Positions 53,532 through 61,762 are shown, counted from the first letter of the stretch. The stretch is 64,000 nucleotides of DNA from Clostridiales bacterium (GCA_031265685.1 JAISCI010000073.1:8915-72914); one strand, 5' to 3'. The notes: generated by a model not told the origin, from the sequence alone. Numbers and translations are program-made.

Positions 53532-53741
53532 ATGGCGAAAAAGACACTGAAAGTAGGCGGAATGTCGTGCGACCATTGCGTGGGCGCCGTCACGGCGGCT
53601 ATTAAATCCCAGCCGGGCACGATGTGCGTCAAAGTTGATCTTGGTAGGAACACCGCGTCTTTCCAATACAATCCCGAAAAAGCGACGCTTGAGCAAATCA
53701 CCCAGGCCATCGCCGAAGCGGGATACGAGGTTGGAGCGTAA
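53532..53741 (+). CDS. copZ: Heavy-metal-associated domain copper chaperone
   Basis: Start ATG 53532. 69 aa, with MAKKTLKVGGMSCDHCVGAV (GMxCxxC) and a ferredoxin-like fold length. Confidence 0.85.
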   Translation: MAKKTLKVGGMSCDHCVGAVTAAIKSQPGTMCVKVDLGRNTASFQYNPEKATLEQITQAIAEAGYEVGA

Positions 53742-53747
53742 GACCGC

Positions 53748-53784
53748 GGCGGGAACCATGTTCAGGTTCCCGCCTTTTTCTTTT
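53748..53784 (+). terminator. Rho-independent terminator after copZ
   Basis: GGCGGGAACC (53748-57), a 7-nt loop, GGTTCCCGCC (53765-74), followed by TTTTTCTTTT. Confidence 0.85.
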
Positions 53785-53891
53785 CCATAGTATTATTGTG
53801 ACCTGTACAACGCGATTAACGCCTCGATTGTAACCAACAAGCCTTTTCCCCATATTATGTTATTGAACGTTTTTATAGGGGGAACCATTTT

Positions 53892-54791
53892 ATGGCTACC
53901 TTTGAGCTAGGCCGAGACTTCGGCAGAAAAACCACCAATGACATCGGTGAAGCGGGTGTCGTCGGCGCCGCGAGCTGCGGGCTGGACCCCAGGCGCGTCC
54001 GCGAGGAATGCCTTATTTCGCTTAAAGTTTACGACGCTTGCCGCCTGCAGGAGTGCCTGACGGACAAGGAGATCGGCCCCGCCCGAGCCGCCGAGAACGG
54101 CTGTGTCTGCGCCGAACAGTACAGAGAGGGCGAGATTATTACTCCGCCCGCGAACGCCGCGTCGGTCACGATCGACCGGCTTGTCGTGAAAAAGGTCATC
54201 ATCGTCGATAAGGAACCGTGCGCCTTCAAAAAAGGTTTCTGGGACGTGGATCTCAAATACGTATTCGAGTATCGGCTGATCTTCCGCGAGGCCGACGGCT
54301 CGCCGATCGGGCAGGTAAGAGCGAACAGCATTTTCAACAAGCGCGTTACGCTTTTCGGCTCGGTCGGCACCGACATCGTAATCTCGACGGATTTGTTCAG
54401 CCATGTGAACGGCGAGTCGGCTATGCTCAACGCTGACCCGTTCATCCTGGTCGAGTCGAAGGCGGTCGCGCTGAACGCCGAACTCAAGTACTCCCGCTTC
54501 CCGCACCATCACCACCCCCATCCCGAACCGGCGGAGCCGAACCGCGTTACGGTCGCTATCGGACTGTTCACGATCGTGAAGCTGTTCCGCATAGTACACC
54601 TGCTTGTGGAATCGCGCGGGTTCGCCGTGCCGCCCATGGGAATCGACATCTCGCCGCTCGATCCGTGCGATTTCTTCGACGGGCTGGACTTTCCTATGGA
54701 TATATTCGCGCCGCCGCAGAAGCCGGAATTTCTCGCCGGAATATCCAACAACATCCCAGCCGAGCGCAAGAGCGGGCCTTGCGGGTGCTGA
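53892..54791 (+). CDS. Hypothetical Cys/His-rich protein
   Basis: 299 aa. GGGGGAAC RBS-like sequence upstream. It contains LKVYDACRLQECL, a PHHHHPHPEP run and a C-terminal GPCGC. No signal peptide or TM segment. It has its own terminator. Confidence 0.6.
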   Translation: MATFELGRDFGRKTTNDIGEAGVVGAASCGLDPRRVREECLISLKVYDACRLQECLTDKEIGPARAAENGCVCAEQYREGEIITPPANAASVTIDRLVVKKVIIVDKEPCAFKKGFWDVDLKYVFEYRLIFREADGSPIGQVRANSIFNKRVTLFGSVGTDIVISTDLFSHVNGESAMLNADPFILVESKAVALNAELKYSRFPHHHHPHPEPAEPNRVTVAIGLFTIVKLFRIVHLLVESRGFAVPPMGIDISPLDPCDFFDGLDFPMDIFAPPQKPEFLAGISNNIPAERKSGPCGC

Positions 54792-54810
54792 CGGAGGTCA
54801 TAAGATACAC

Positions 54811-54843
54811 AAAAAGAACCGTCGGGACCGGCGGTTCTTTTTG
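54811..54843. terminator. Bidirectional terminator between convergent genes
   Basis: AAAAAGAACCG..CGGTTCTTTTT hairpin with an A-run on one side and a T-run on the other. It lies between the 53892..54791 (+) and 54859..55935 (-) genes. Confidence 0.75.
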
Positions 54844-54858
54844 TGAACGTCTTATTCT

Positions 54859-55935
54859 CTATTTACCGGAATTATAAACCGCCCCGGGCGCGGGTTCGTA
54901 CTTCAGCTTCAGCAGCTCGCTGACAGTCACCAGCGTATACCCATCCTCAACCAGATTCTTTATAACGGCGTCCGCCGCGTCAACCGTGGAGCTATGTATA
55001 TCGTGCATGAGGATGACCGCCCTGTCGTTCGCGTGCTTCTTTACGTGCTTTATTATCGCGTTGGCGTTCTTGGACTGCCAGTCGCGCGTGTCCACGTTCC
55101 ATAGGATCAGCGACATGCCGCGTTCGGCGGCGGCCGCGCGCACCGTGTCGTTATAATCGCCGTATGGCGGGCGCAGCAGCGTCGGGACGACGCCGGTTAT
55201 CTCGGCAATCGCGGCGTTTGTGTCGTCCAGCTGAGCGGCGAGCGATTCCGCCGACAGCTTAGTCAGATACGGATGATTCCAAGTGTGGCTGCCGATCTCG
55301 TGGCCGTCCTCCGCCATCCTCGCGAGCGTCTTCGCGTTCGCCGGATCCTTCAGGTGGTACGCCTGAACGAAGAATGTCGCCTTCACGTCATTGTCGCGCA
55401 ATATATCGAGCAAGCGGTCGGTAGTCTTGTGCGCTGGTCCGTCGTCGAAGGTTATCGCGATATACTTTGCCTCGGCGCCCGGCGGCGGATCGGTCGGCGG
55501 ACTGGGCGATGGCGCGGGCGGCTGACTGGGCGGCGGGGTGGTCGGACTGGGGGGAATCAGGGTCGGACTGGGAATCGGGGTCGGACTGGGAATCGGGGTC
55601 GGAGTGGGAGTCGGCGGCGGGGTCGGACTGAGAGTCGGCGCCGGCGAACTGAGAGTCGGTGATGGCGGCGGACTGGGGCTTACCAAAGGCGACGCCGAAA
55701 TAACCGGCGGCGGCAGAAACATGCCTGGCGTGACGGACGCGGGTTTAACCGTCGGCAAAAGCGCCGGAACGGCCGTCACCGCCGCGATTATGCCTCCGGC
55801 GGTCGGCAGCGCGTCTTGCGCGCCGAGCTTGTTTTCAAAATTAGCGAACACACCGGCGAACGCCGCCGCGCTGAACAGCGCCAGAAGGACGACGAACCGC
55901 CAGTAGACGTCCCGAATCTTTTTTCTTTTGCCCAT
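54859..55935 (-). CDS. Polysaccharide deacetylase (NodB domain) with TM anchor and Pro/Ser/Thr-rich linker
   Basis: Start ATG 55935 (GGGGAG RBS). TM segment VVLLALFSAAAFAGVF, linker PSPPPSPTLSSPAPTLSPTPPPTPTPTPIPSPTP.., and NodB motifs ITFDDGP, GSHTWNHP, LLRPPYG, and ILMHD. Confidence 0.85.
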   Translation of the reverse strand: MGKRKKIRDVYWRFVVLLALFSAAAFAGVFANFENKLGAQDALPTAGGIIAAVTAVPALLPTVKPASVTPGMFLPPPVISASPLVSPSPPPSPTLSSPAPTLSPTPPPTPTPTPIPSPTPIPSPTLIPPSPTTPPPSQPPAPSPSPPTDPPPGAEAKYIAITFDDGPAHKTTDRLLDILRDNDVKATFFVQAYHLKDPANAKTLARMAEDGHEIGSHTWNHPYLTKLSAESLAAQLDDTNAAIAEITGVVPTLLRPPYGDYNDTVRAAAAERGMSLILWNVDTRDWQSKNANAIIKHVKKHANDRAVILMHDIHSSTVDAADAVIKNLVEDGYTLVTVSELLKLKYEPAPGAVYNSGK

Positions 55936-55965
55936 CGTTGCTCCCCTATATCTGTCTTTTGCCGT

Positions 55966-55994
55966 ATTATACGACGAAACGCGGCAAAAGGCAA
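55966..55994 (-). promoter_or_regulatory. Putative sigma-A promoter for the deacetylase gene
   Basis: Minus strand reads TTGCCT (55989-94), 17-nt spacer, TATAAT (55966-71), 31 nt upstream of the ATG. Confidence 0.5.
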
Positions 55995-56038
55995 GGGGTT
56001 TATCGGATTGGCCATAAATCGCCCGCCATAAAAACAAC

Positions 56039-56073
56039 CCGTCGGCAGGCCGTCGCCGACAGGCTGAGATCAC
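56039..56073 (-). terminator. Rho-independent terminator after the small acidic-tail membrane protein gene
   Basis: Minus strand reads CCTGTCGGCgacggccTGCCGACGGG followed by TTGTTTTTAT. Confidence 0.7.
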
Positions 56074-56097
56074 CCCTCCGTCGGGGCGGTTTATCCG

Positions 56098-56334
56098 TTA
56101 CTTCTCAAAATCCTTCTCCTCGGCGAAAAAATCGTTTTCCTCACCGCCTAAGTCGTCGTCATCGTCAAAGTCGAAATCATCAAAATCATAATCCTCGGAT
56201 TTGCTGAAGAGCTTGACGGCCAGAAACGCGGCGGCGGCAGTGACAAGCGCCAGCAGCGCGCTCGTGACGATGAGCGCCACCGCCAGCGCCGAAAGTCTCT
56301 TCCTCGGTTTGGCTTTGATCTCGATATTATTCAT
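56098..56334 (-). CDS. Small membrane protein with poly-acidic C-terminal tail
   Basis: 78 aa. One TM segment (LSALAVALIVTSALLALVTAAAAFLAV), then EDYDFDDFDFDDDDDLGGEENDFFAEEKDFEK. Placed between the Nudix gene and a terminator. Confidence 0.5.
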   Translation of the reverse strand: MNNIEIKAKPRKRLSALAVALIVTSALLALVTAAAAFLAVKLFSKSEDYDFDDFDFDDDDDLGGEENDFFAEEKDFEK

Positions 56335-56366
56335 TCTATCTACCCCTTTTCAAATGTGATACAAAA

Positions 56367-56807
56367 TCATCGTCCGCCGGATCTCGCCTCGCGTAGCGAA
56401 TCATAGACGGCGAGCGCGCGTGAGAGTATCTGCCTCTCGTCGCTGAATTTAAGCAGGTGGATCGCCTCGTGCCGCTTGTAGAACCCCGCGTCGGCAAAGT
56501 ATTCCTCGGCCTGGGGCTGGCAATGGAAAGACATAGCCCGCATAAGATACCAATGAACCGTCTTGTCGACCACATCGGAAGCGCCCTTGAACGAATAGCG
56601 CGTCTTGCCGATATATTTGACTATACGCGCGTTGACGCCGGCTTCTTCCCGAACCTCGCGCCAAGCGGTCTGCTTGTGGCTCTCGCCCGGCTCGAGGGTG
56701 CCTTTAGGAAGTACCCACCCGATATATTTGCCGCACTGATTTTTATAAAGCAACAATATTTTGTCCCGATGGATCACAACACCTCCGCAACTCAGCGCCT
56801 GAATCAT
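56367..56807 (-). CDS. NUDIX hydrolase
   Basis: Nudix box GWVLPKGTLEPGESHKQTAWREVREEAGV. Start ATG 56807 (GGAG 10 nt upstream). ATG 56858 is also possible. Confidence 0.8.
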   Translation of the reverse strand: MIQALSCGGVVIHRDKILLLYKNQCGKYIGWVLPKGTLEPGESHKQTAWREVREEAGVNARIVKYIGKTRYSFKGASDVVDKTVHWYLMRAMSFHCQPQAEEYFADAGFYKRHEAIHLLKFSDERQILSRALAVYDSLREARSGGR

Positions 56808-56895
56808 AGCAATCAACTCCAAACGATCTGTAGATGAATTATAAGCCTTTGCCGGCAATTAATCAACTGTTTTTTTGCCGCGGCGCGTTTGTTTA

Positions 56896-59265
56896 TTACT
56901 CCATATATTTGGCCTTCACCCTGCGAAGCGCCGCGAGCATCGGCCCGGCGGCGACGGCCAGAAAAAACGCCGTAGCCGCGCCGTGTATCGCGTCGAAAGC
57001 CGCGCCTCCGGCGAAAGCCGCCGCAAACGTCGCGGCGGTGGGGTTAGGATCCGCCGTCAGAGCCATTTGCGTATTCATTATTCCGCCGTAGACGACGAAC
57101 GCGGCGGCGGCGCCGAACGCCGCGAGGACGAAACGGTTCTTTTCGCGCTGTCTACCGAACAGTATGCCCGACAACAGCCCGATTATCCCCATCGCGAACA
57201 TCTGCCACGGCGTCCACGGACCCTGCCCGAAGAACATGTTGCTGACGAAAGCCGCGGCCGCGCCCGTCATGAAGCCCAGCTCCCCGCCGAGCGCGCTGCC
57301 GGCTATAATCACGACCGCGACGGTCGGCTTGAACTGAGGCGTCATGAAGAAAGCCGCCCTGCCCGCCGCGGCGATAGCCGTCAGCGCGGCGACAAGGATC
57401 AGCTCGCGGGGTTTCGCGCCGCGCCGCTCAAAAGACAGCGCGAACGGCAGCGATGTTTCCAGCATGATCATCAGCGATATAAAATAGTACTTCCTGTCGC
57501 CCATCAGGTACAGCCCGGCAAGCAGCGTCGGCGGGACGGCGCACAGCGACGCCGCGTAGAGAGCGAGGCGTCCTTTCGGACGGCTCGGAGAGGGCGGCGC
57601 GTTTTCCGGTTCGGTCGGACGGGGCGGCGACAACCGCGCGGCGGGTTTTTCCGGCGAGCCGCCCAGCGCGGCTATTACGTCGCCGGCGGTTACCGCGCCC
57701 GGTATGATGCCGCGCGAGATACGGTTGGCGGCGGTGGTATAGAAGCTTGATCCGGAGAAAAATTCCACGGGAGCGCCCTCCGATACCGCCGACCCGCGGA
57801 ACATCATAACGCAGCGGTCCGCGTGCTCCGCGCAGAACTCGGCGTCATGGCTTACGATCATCACCGCCGCGCCGTCAGACGCGAGCCGCCGCAGTATCCC
57901 GGCCAGAACGTCCTTGAACGCCGCGTCGAGACCCTTGGTAGGCTCGTCCAGCAGGAGTACGCGAGGACGCGTCAGGAGAACCTTCGCGAGCGCCGCGAGC
58001 TGGCGCTCACCGCCGGAGAGATCGTATGGATGGACGTCCATAAGCCCAGTAAGACCGCACGCCTCAGCCGCTTCGTCAACGCCTTCGGGAGCGGCGTCCT
58101 CCAGTTCCCCGCGGACGGTGTTCCGCGTGAACAGCGTCGTCGGATCCTGCGGCAGCAAAGCGACGGAGGCGTCCGACGACACTCTCCCGCGATACGGCAG
58201 GGCAAGCCCCGCGCACACCGCCAGCGCCGTCGATTTGCCCGCGCCGTTCCCGCCCATGACGGCGGTTATCTCGCCGTACCGCGCCTCGAGGGTAAGATCG
58301 GCCAGCGCGTCGGGCGCGTCCTTCCCGTACCGGAACCACACGCCCCGCAGCGAGACGGCGGTTTCACCGGGCTTCGCGGGCACGCGGACGGGCGGCGCGT
58401 TCGGGACGCTCGCCCCGGCCAGCCACTCCCGCCCCTCTCGCGCGCTCATGGGGCACGGCGGCTCGCCCGGAACCGACGCCCATATACGCGCCGCCGTCGG
58501 CATAGAGCGGAACAGCCGCCTCGTAAATTTTGCCTGGTTCACGCAAAATTCATCCCCCCGTATCCGTTCGGCGACGTCCCTCGGAGCGCCCTCCGCGACG
58601 ATCGCCCCCCCGTCCATAACGATAAGATGGTCGGCGAGAGGCAAAGCGTCCTCCAGGCGGTGTTCGGTCATGATTACCGTAACGCCCAGTTCGCGGTTGA
58701 TCCTCGCCGCCGCCCCGAGGAAATTTGACGCGGCGACAGGGTCGAGCTGACTGGTCGGTTCGTCCAAGATGAGGGCGTCGGGCTGAGCGGCCATGACGGA
58801 CGCCAGATTCAGGATCTGCTTCTGACCTCCGGAAAGCTCCGACACTTTTTTCCCGAACCACTCGCCTATACCGAAAAACGACGCGGTTTCGGCCACGCGC
58901 AGGCGTATCACGGGCGGCGGCGCACCGAGACATTCCAGGCCGAACGCCAGTTCGCGCCAGACCGTGTCAGTCACGATCTGATTCTCCGGACTTTGCGACA
59001 CGAAGCCGATCCCGGCGCAAAGTCCGCGCTCCGTATGTTCCGCCGCCGGCGTCCCGCGGAAATAGACGCCGCCCGTAAGCGACCCGCCGGGGGTTACGGA
59101 GGGCTTGAGACAGCGCAGCAGCGTGGTTTTGCCGCAGCCGGACGCACCGCATACCACGGCGAAGCCGCCTGCCCGGATCGACAGGCTGACGCCGGAGATC
59201 GCCGCGCGCGCCCGTCCCGGATACGTGAAGCTTACGTCTTCGAGCCGGAAGATCTCGCTTTCCAC
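56896..59265 (-). CDS. ECF transporter fusion protein: tandem ABC ATPase domains (EcfA-EcfA') plus a C-terminal S-component-like membrane domain
   Basis: 789 aa, GTG start. ABC1: GASGCGKTT, LSGGQKQ, LILDEPTSQLD. ABC2: GGNGAGKST, LSGGERQ, LLLDEPTKGLD. The C-terminal ~230 aa form about 6 TM segments with FFGQGPWTPWQMFAMG, typical of ECF S components. Confidence 0.8.
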   Translation of the reverse strand: MESEIFRLEDVSFTYPGRARAAISGVSLSIRAGGFAVVCGASGCGKTTLLRCLKPSVTPGGSLTGGVYFRGTPAAEHTERGLCAGIGFVSQSPENQIVTDTVWRELAFGLECLGAPPPVIRLRVAETASFFGIGEWFGKKVSELSGGQKQILNLASVMAAQPDALILDEPTSQLDPVAASNFLGAAARINRELGVTVIMTEHRLEDALPLADHLIVMDGGAIVAEGAPRDVAERIRGDEFCVNQAKFTRRLFRSMPTAARIWASVPGEPPCPMSAREGREWLAGASVPNAPPVRVPAKPGETAVSLRGVWFRYGKDAPDALADLTLEARYGEITAVMGGNGAGKSTALAVCAGLALPYRGRVSSDASVALLPQDPTTLFTRNTVRGELEDAAPEGVDEAAEACGLTGLMDVHPYDLSGGERQLAALAKVLLTRPRVLLLDEPTKGLDAAFKDVLAGILRRLASDGAAVMIVSHDAEFCAEHADRCVMMFRGSAVSEGAPVEFFSGSSFYTTAANRISRGIIPGAVTAGDVIAALGGSPEKPAARLSPPRPTEPENAPPSPSRPKGRLALYAASLCAVPPTLLAGLYLMGDRKYYFISLMIMLETSLPFALSFERRGAKPRELILVAALTAIAAAGRAAFFMTPQFKPTVAVVIIAGSALGGELGFMTGAAAAFVSNMFFGQGPWTPWQMFAMGIIGLLSGILFGRQREKNRFVLAAFGAAAAFVVYGGIMNTQMALTADPNPTAATFAAAFAGGAAFDAIHGAATAFFLAVAAGPMLAALRRVKAKYME
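58525..58551. repeat. Hairpin module of the repeat family embedded in frame in the ECF ATPase gene
   Basis: Minus strand reads GAATTTTGCGTGAACCAGGCAAAATTT, 25/27 identical to the canonical GAATTTTGCGTGAACCATGCAAAATTC at 49083-49109. It encodes EFCVNQAKF in the linker after ABC domain 1. Confidence 0.8.
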
Positions 59266-60107
59266 ATCAAGTCACCCATGATTTCCAGAATGAGGGGGAG
59301 GGCGCAGAGCGCCAGGTAGGCCGCGCCGCCCAGTACGGCGACCGCGCCGCCCCCCGCTCGCAGCGTCGGGAAATAGCGGAACCGCAGGCCGCCGGGCGCC
59401 GCCGCGATCACCGCCGCCGCGCATACCGCGATAAACGCGAGCGCCGCCGCGTCGCGCCGCGTGAACCTGAATATACCGAACGACGTCCGCCCCGGAAGGC
59501 CGAAGCCCCGGCTTCTCATGCTGTCCGCCGTCTCCACGGCGTTTTCGAGCGCCCACACAGTCATAATCGACACCACGCGTATGCCGGACCGAACCCGTCC
59601 GCCGCGTATGCCGATGCCGCGCCGCGCCGCCGCGATGGCCCCCGCCTGCCGGATATACCTGGGGACGAACCGGAGCGCCGCCGTCAGAGCGAGCGCGATC
59701 GACGGCGCCGCCCCGCGCAGCAAATGGAACGTTTTGTCCGACGTCATGACGGCGCCGAAGCACGCGAACCACGCCGTGATCCCCGCCAGCGCCAGCGCGG
59801 ACGCGCCGCCGTAGGCGACCGATTCGAGCGTGAGCGGGTTGCCGTCCGGCAGATAGGTCAGGATCGTCGCGCCGCGATGGTTCACGAGCGGGTTGATTGC
59901 GGCCGCCAGTATCATCGCGGGTAGCATAAAGACCAGCGCGAACCGGGCGGCTTTCGCGCCGTTCAATCGAAGGGCGTAAGCGAAGGCGCAGACGGCGGAG
60001 ATAATCAGGCACGCAGGGTGGTTCAGAGTCATGCCGAAAGCCAGGACGGCGGCGAAGAACGCGAAATTGACGGCGGGATGATAGGAGGCGAAAGCCCCGA
60101 CGCGCAT
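59232..60107 (-). CDS. ECF transporter transmembrane (T) component, CbiQ/EcfT family
   Basis: Start ATG 60107 (GGAGG 9 nt upstream). 291 aa, multi-TM, with Arg-rich coupling-helix-like segments (ALRFVPRYIRQAGAIAAARRGIGIRG; SMRSRGFG). Confidence 0.75.
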   Translation of the reverse strand: MRVGAFASYHPAVNFAFFAAVLAFGMTLNHPACLIISAVCAFAYALRLNGAKAARFALVFMLPAMILAAAINPLVNHRGATILTYLPDGNPLTLESVAYGGASALALAGITAWFACFGAVMTSDKTFHLLRGAAPSIALALTAALRFVPRYIRQAGAIAAARRGIGIRGGRVRSGIRVVSIMTVWALENAVETADSMRSRGFGLPGRTSFGIFRFTRRDAAALAFIAVCAAAVIAAAPGGLRFRYFPTLRAGGGAVAVLGGAAYLALCALPLILEIMGDLMWKARSSGSKT

Positions 60108-60187
60108 AGCGATACCTCCGGATACAAAATAAAAGCCGCGGCAATCAAAGATCGTCACGACCGTATTCCCATGAACGCAAAAGAATC

Positions 60188-60217
60188 AAACCTGACCAAT
60201 CCCGTTCAGGTTTTTTT
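60188..60217. terminator. Hairpin with flanking A/T runs (probable terminator of aqpZ-ridA; also reads as a + strand terminator)
   Basis: AAACCTGA (60188-95), a 10-nt loop, TCAGGTTT (60206-13), then TTTTTTT on plus. On minus it is followed by GATTCTTTTG. Confidence 0.5.
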
Positions 60218-60262
60218 CCCGTCCCGGAGCGTCTCCCTTACATTTCCTCTTTAGGTTCCTTG

Positions 60263-60317
60263 TACTAATCTCCATTTAAGGAATAGAAAAGATTTTTCAA
60301 TCTAACGGAGATTAGTA
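60263..60317. mobile_element. 51-bp internally deleted mini copy of the nested-palindrome element, flanked by TA/TA
   Basis: The core 60265-60315 reads CTAATCTCCATTTAAGGAATAGAAAAGATTTTTCAA + TCTAACGGAGATTAG. That is the left 37 nt of the 43244 copy (36/37 identical) joined to its right end. TA sits at 60263-64 and 60316-17. It overlaps the last 5 codons and the stop of the RidA gene. Confidence 0.8.
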
Positions 60318-60679
60318 TTATACGCTATCGCGTCTAGCTGGAAGCACAAACCGCCGTCTTCGCCGCCTTTATGCGCAAATTCCGTCTGTATGGATTTTCG
60401 GGCGGGGTACTTGCCGCGAAACCGCTCCTTGACAACTTTTTCCATAATCGGGATATTCCAGATATCCCTGAACATCGCGTCGAACTTAACTACCGATTCA
60501 AGCGTTAATCCGACAAGCGAAAGCCGTGTTTCCAGTTCATCAAAAGCGCCTCGGATCTGCGCCTCGGCTGGTTGGCCCACATTGCCCACGCAATAATTGA
60601 CGAATACGAAGCCGCCCGCCTCGACAACGCCGGAATGCGCCCACTCCTCGTTTACGTCGTAACGCTTTATTCCGCTCAT
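60302..60679 (-). CDS. RidA/YjgF-family protein
   Basis: 125 aa with the YjgF/chorismate-mutase-like fold pattern (..VEAGGFVFV.. , ..PARKSIQ..). Confidence 0.65.
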   Translation of the reverse strand: MSGIKRYDVNEEWAHSGVVEAGGFVFVNYCVGNVGQPAEAQIRGAFDELETRLSLVGLTLESVVKFDAMFRDIWNIPIMEKVVKERFRGKYPARKSIQTEFAHKGGEDGGLCFQLDAIAYNTNLR

Positions 60680-60700
60680 ACCCGGTCCCCCTTCCCGCCG

Positions 60701-61375
60701 TCAGCTCTTAGGCAGGATTGCCCCGAACGCGAACGCCGCCAGCGTAGCGCCGATCAGCGGCGCGACGACAAACAGCCACGCCTCGCCAAGCGCGGCTCCG
60801 CCCGCGAACAGCGCCGGACCGAAACTCCGGGCAGGGTTGACGGAAGTCCCCGTCAGCGGTATCCCGACGATGTGTACGAGCGTGAGCGTAAGCCCGGTCA
60901 CGATTCCGGAGACAGATTTTTTCGTCTCGTCCGCCGTAACCCCGAGGACAGTGAACACGAATACGAACGTCAGGACGATCTCCACGGCCAGCGCGCCGAT
61001 AAGCCCGCCCGCCCCGAACGCGTTCGCGCCCAGCGCCCCCGTCTGGTCAACGGCGTAAGCTGAGGAGATAAGTTTCAAAAACCCGGCTCCGGCGACCGCG
61101 CCAAGCGCCTGCGCGATGACGTACTTGGCAAGATCCGCGCCGGAGAGCCGCTTGTCCAGCCACATGGCCAGCGAAACAGCCGGATTGACGTGACAGCCCG
61201 ACACGCCTCCGAACACATACGCGCAGGCGACCGCCGACAGCCCGAACGCGAACGCGACGGCAAGGTATCCGCCTGGGGACGACGCCCCAAGGAACACGAC
61301 GGCGCCGCAGCCCATAAAAGTCAGAATCGCGGTGCCAATCAGCTCGGCGGCCATCTTTTTCGGCACCGGCGTCAC
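60701..61375 (-). CDS. aqpZ: Aquaporin (MIP family)
   Basis: 224 aa. Two NPA boxes (HVNPAVS, SVNPARS) and six TM segments. Confidence 0.9.
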   Translation of the reverse strand: MTPVPKKMAAELIGTAILTFMGCGAVVFLGASSPGGYLAVAFAFGLSAVACAYVFGGVSGCHVNPAVSLAMWLDKRLSGADLAKYVIAQALGAVAGAGFLKLISSAYAVDQTGALGANAFGAGGLIGALAVEIVLTFVFVFTVLGVTADETKKSVSGIVTGLTLTLVHIVGIPLTGTSVNPARSFGPALFAGGAALGEAWLFVVAPLIGATLAAFAFGAILPKS

Positions 61376-61500
61376 CCCCCATTCAGAATTTTACAGAGTA
61401 TAACATGTTTCAGGACGGTTGACAAGGGGATTATTTCAATCCCGCTCATCGTCCCTAACCGTGATCTCTGCCGCACGGGCGGATGAATGGGGTGGTGGAT

Positions 61501-61694
61501 GTAAATTACATCTTTTCGCCGCTTCAGTACATGAAATCAATGAAATATATGCGGACTTAGCGGGAAATGCGTGTTATAATATACAAATTTGCCTTAAAAG
61601 ACAACGCTACCCGGGCAACAGCATCCTCACGGTGTCCGAGCTTCCGCGGAGCGTCCGTTCTCTCGGATGCAGCCGGGAGTTTATGAAACGAACG
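61501..61694. repeat. Copy B (inverted) of the second intergenic repeat family
   Basis: 61501-61552 is the reverse complement of 17628-17676 (about 47/50). GTTTATGAAACGAACG (61679-94) is the reverse complement of 17495-17510. It contains TG-T-TATAAT at 61572-80 on the plus strand. Confidence 0.75.
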
Positions 61695-61753
61695 TATTCA
61701 ATCCCGCGGCAAACGCGCGCGAATAATTCCCTCTTTTTTTTCGCGCGCCCATA

Positions 61754-61762
61754 TGCTATAAT
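61754..61762 (+). promoter_or_regulatory. Putative extended -10 promoter element for prs
   Basis: TG-C-TATAAT at 61754-62, 74 nt upstream of the prs ATG. No good -35 element. Confidence 0.4.

Noticed and set aside
60108-60262. Riboswitch in the leader of the ECF transporter operon
   Set aside because: There is no TPP (CUGAGA...ACCUGAUCUGGAUAAUGCCAGCG), THF, FMN, preQ1 or B12-box signature. The only clear structure is the AAACCTGA/TCAGGTTT hairpin, which looks like a terminator. cmscan would settle it.
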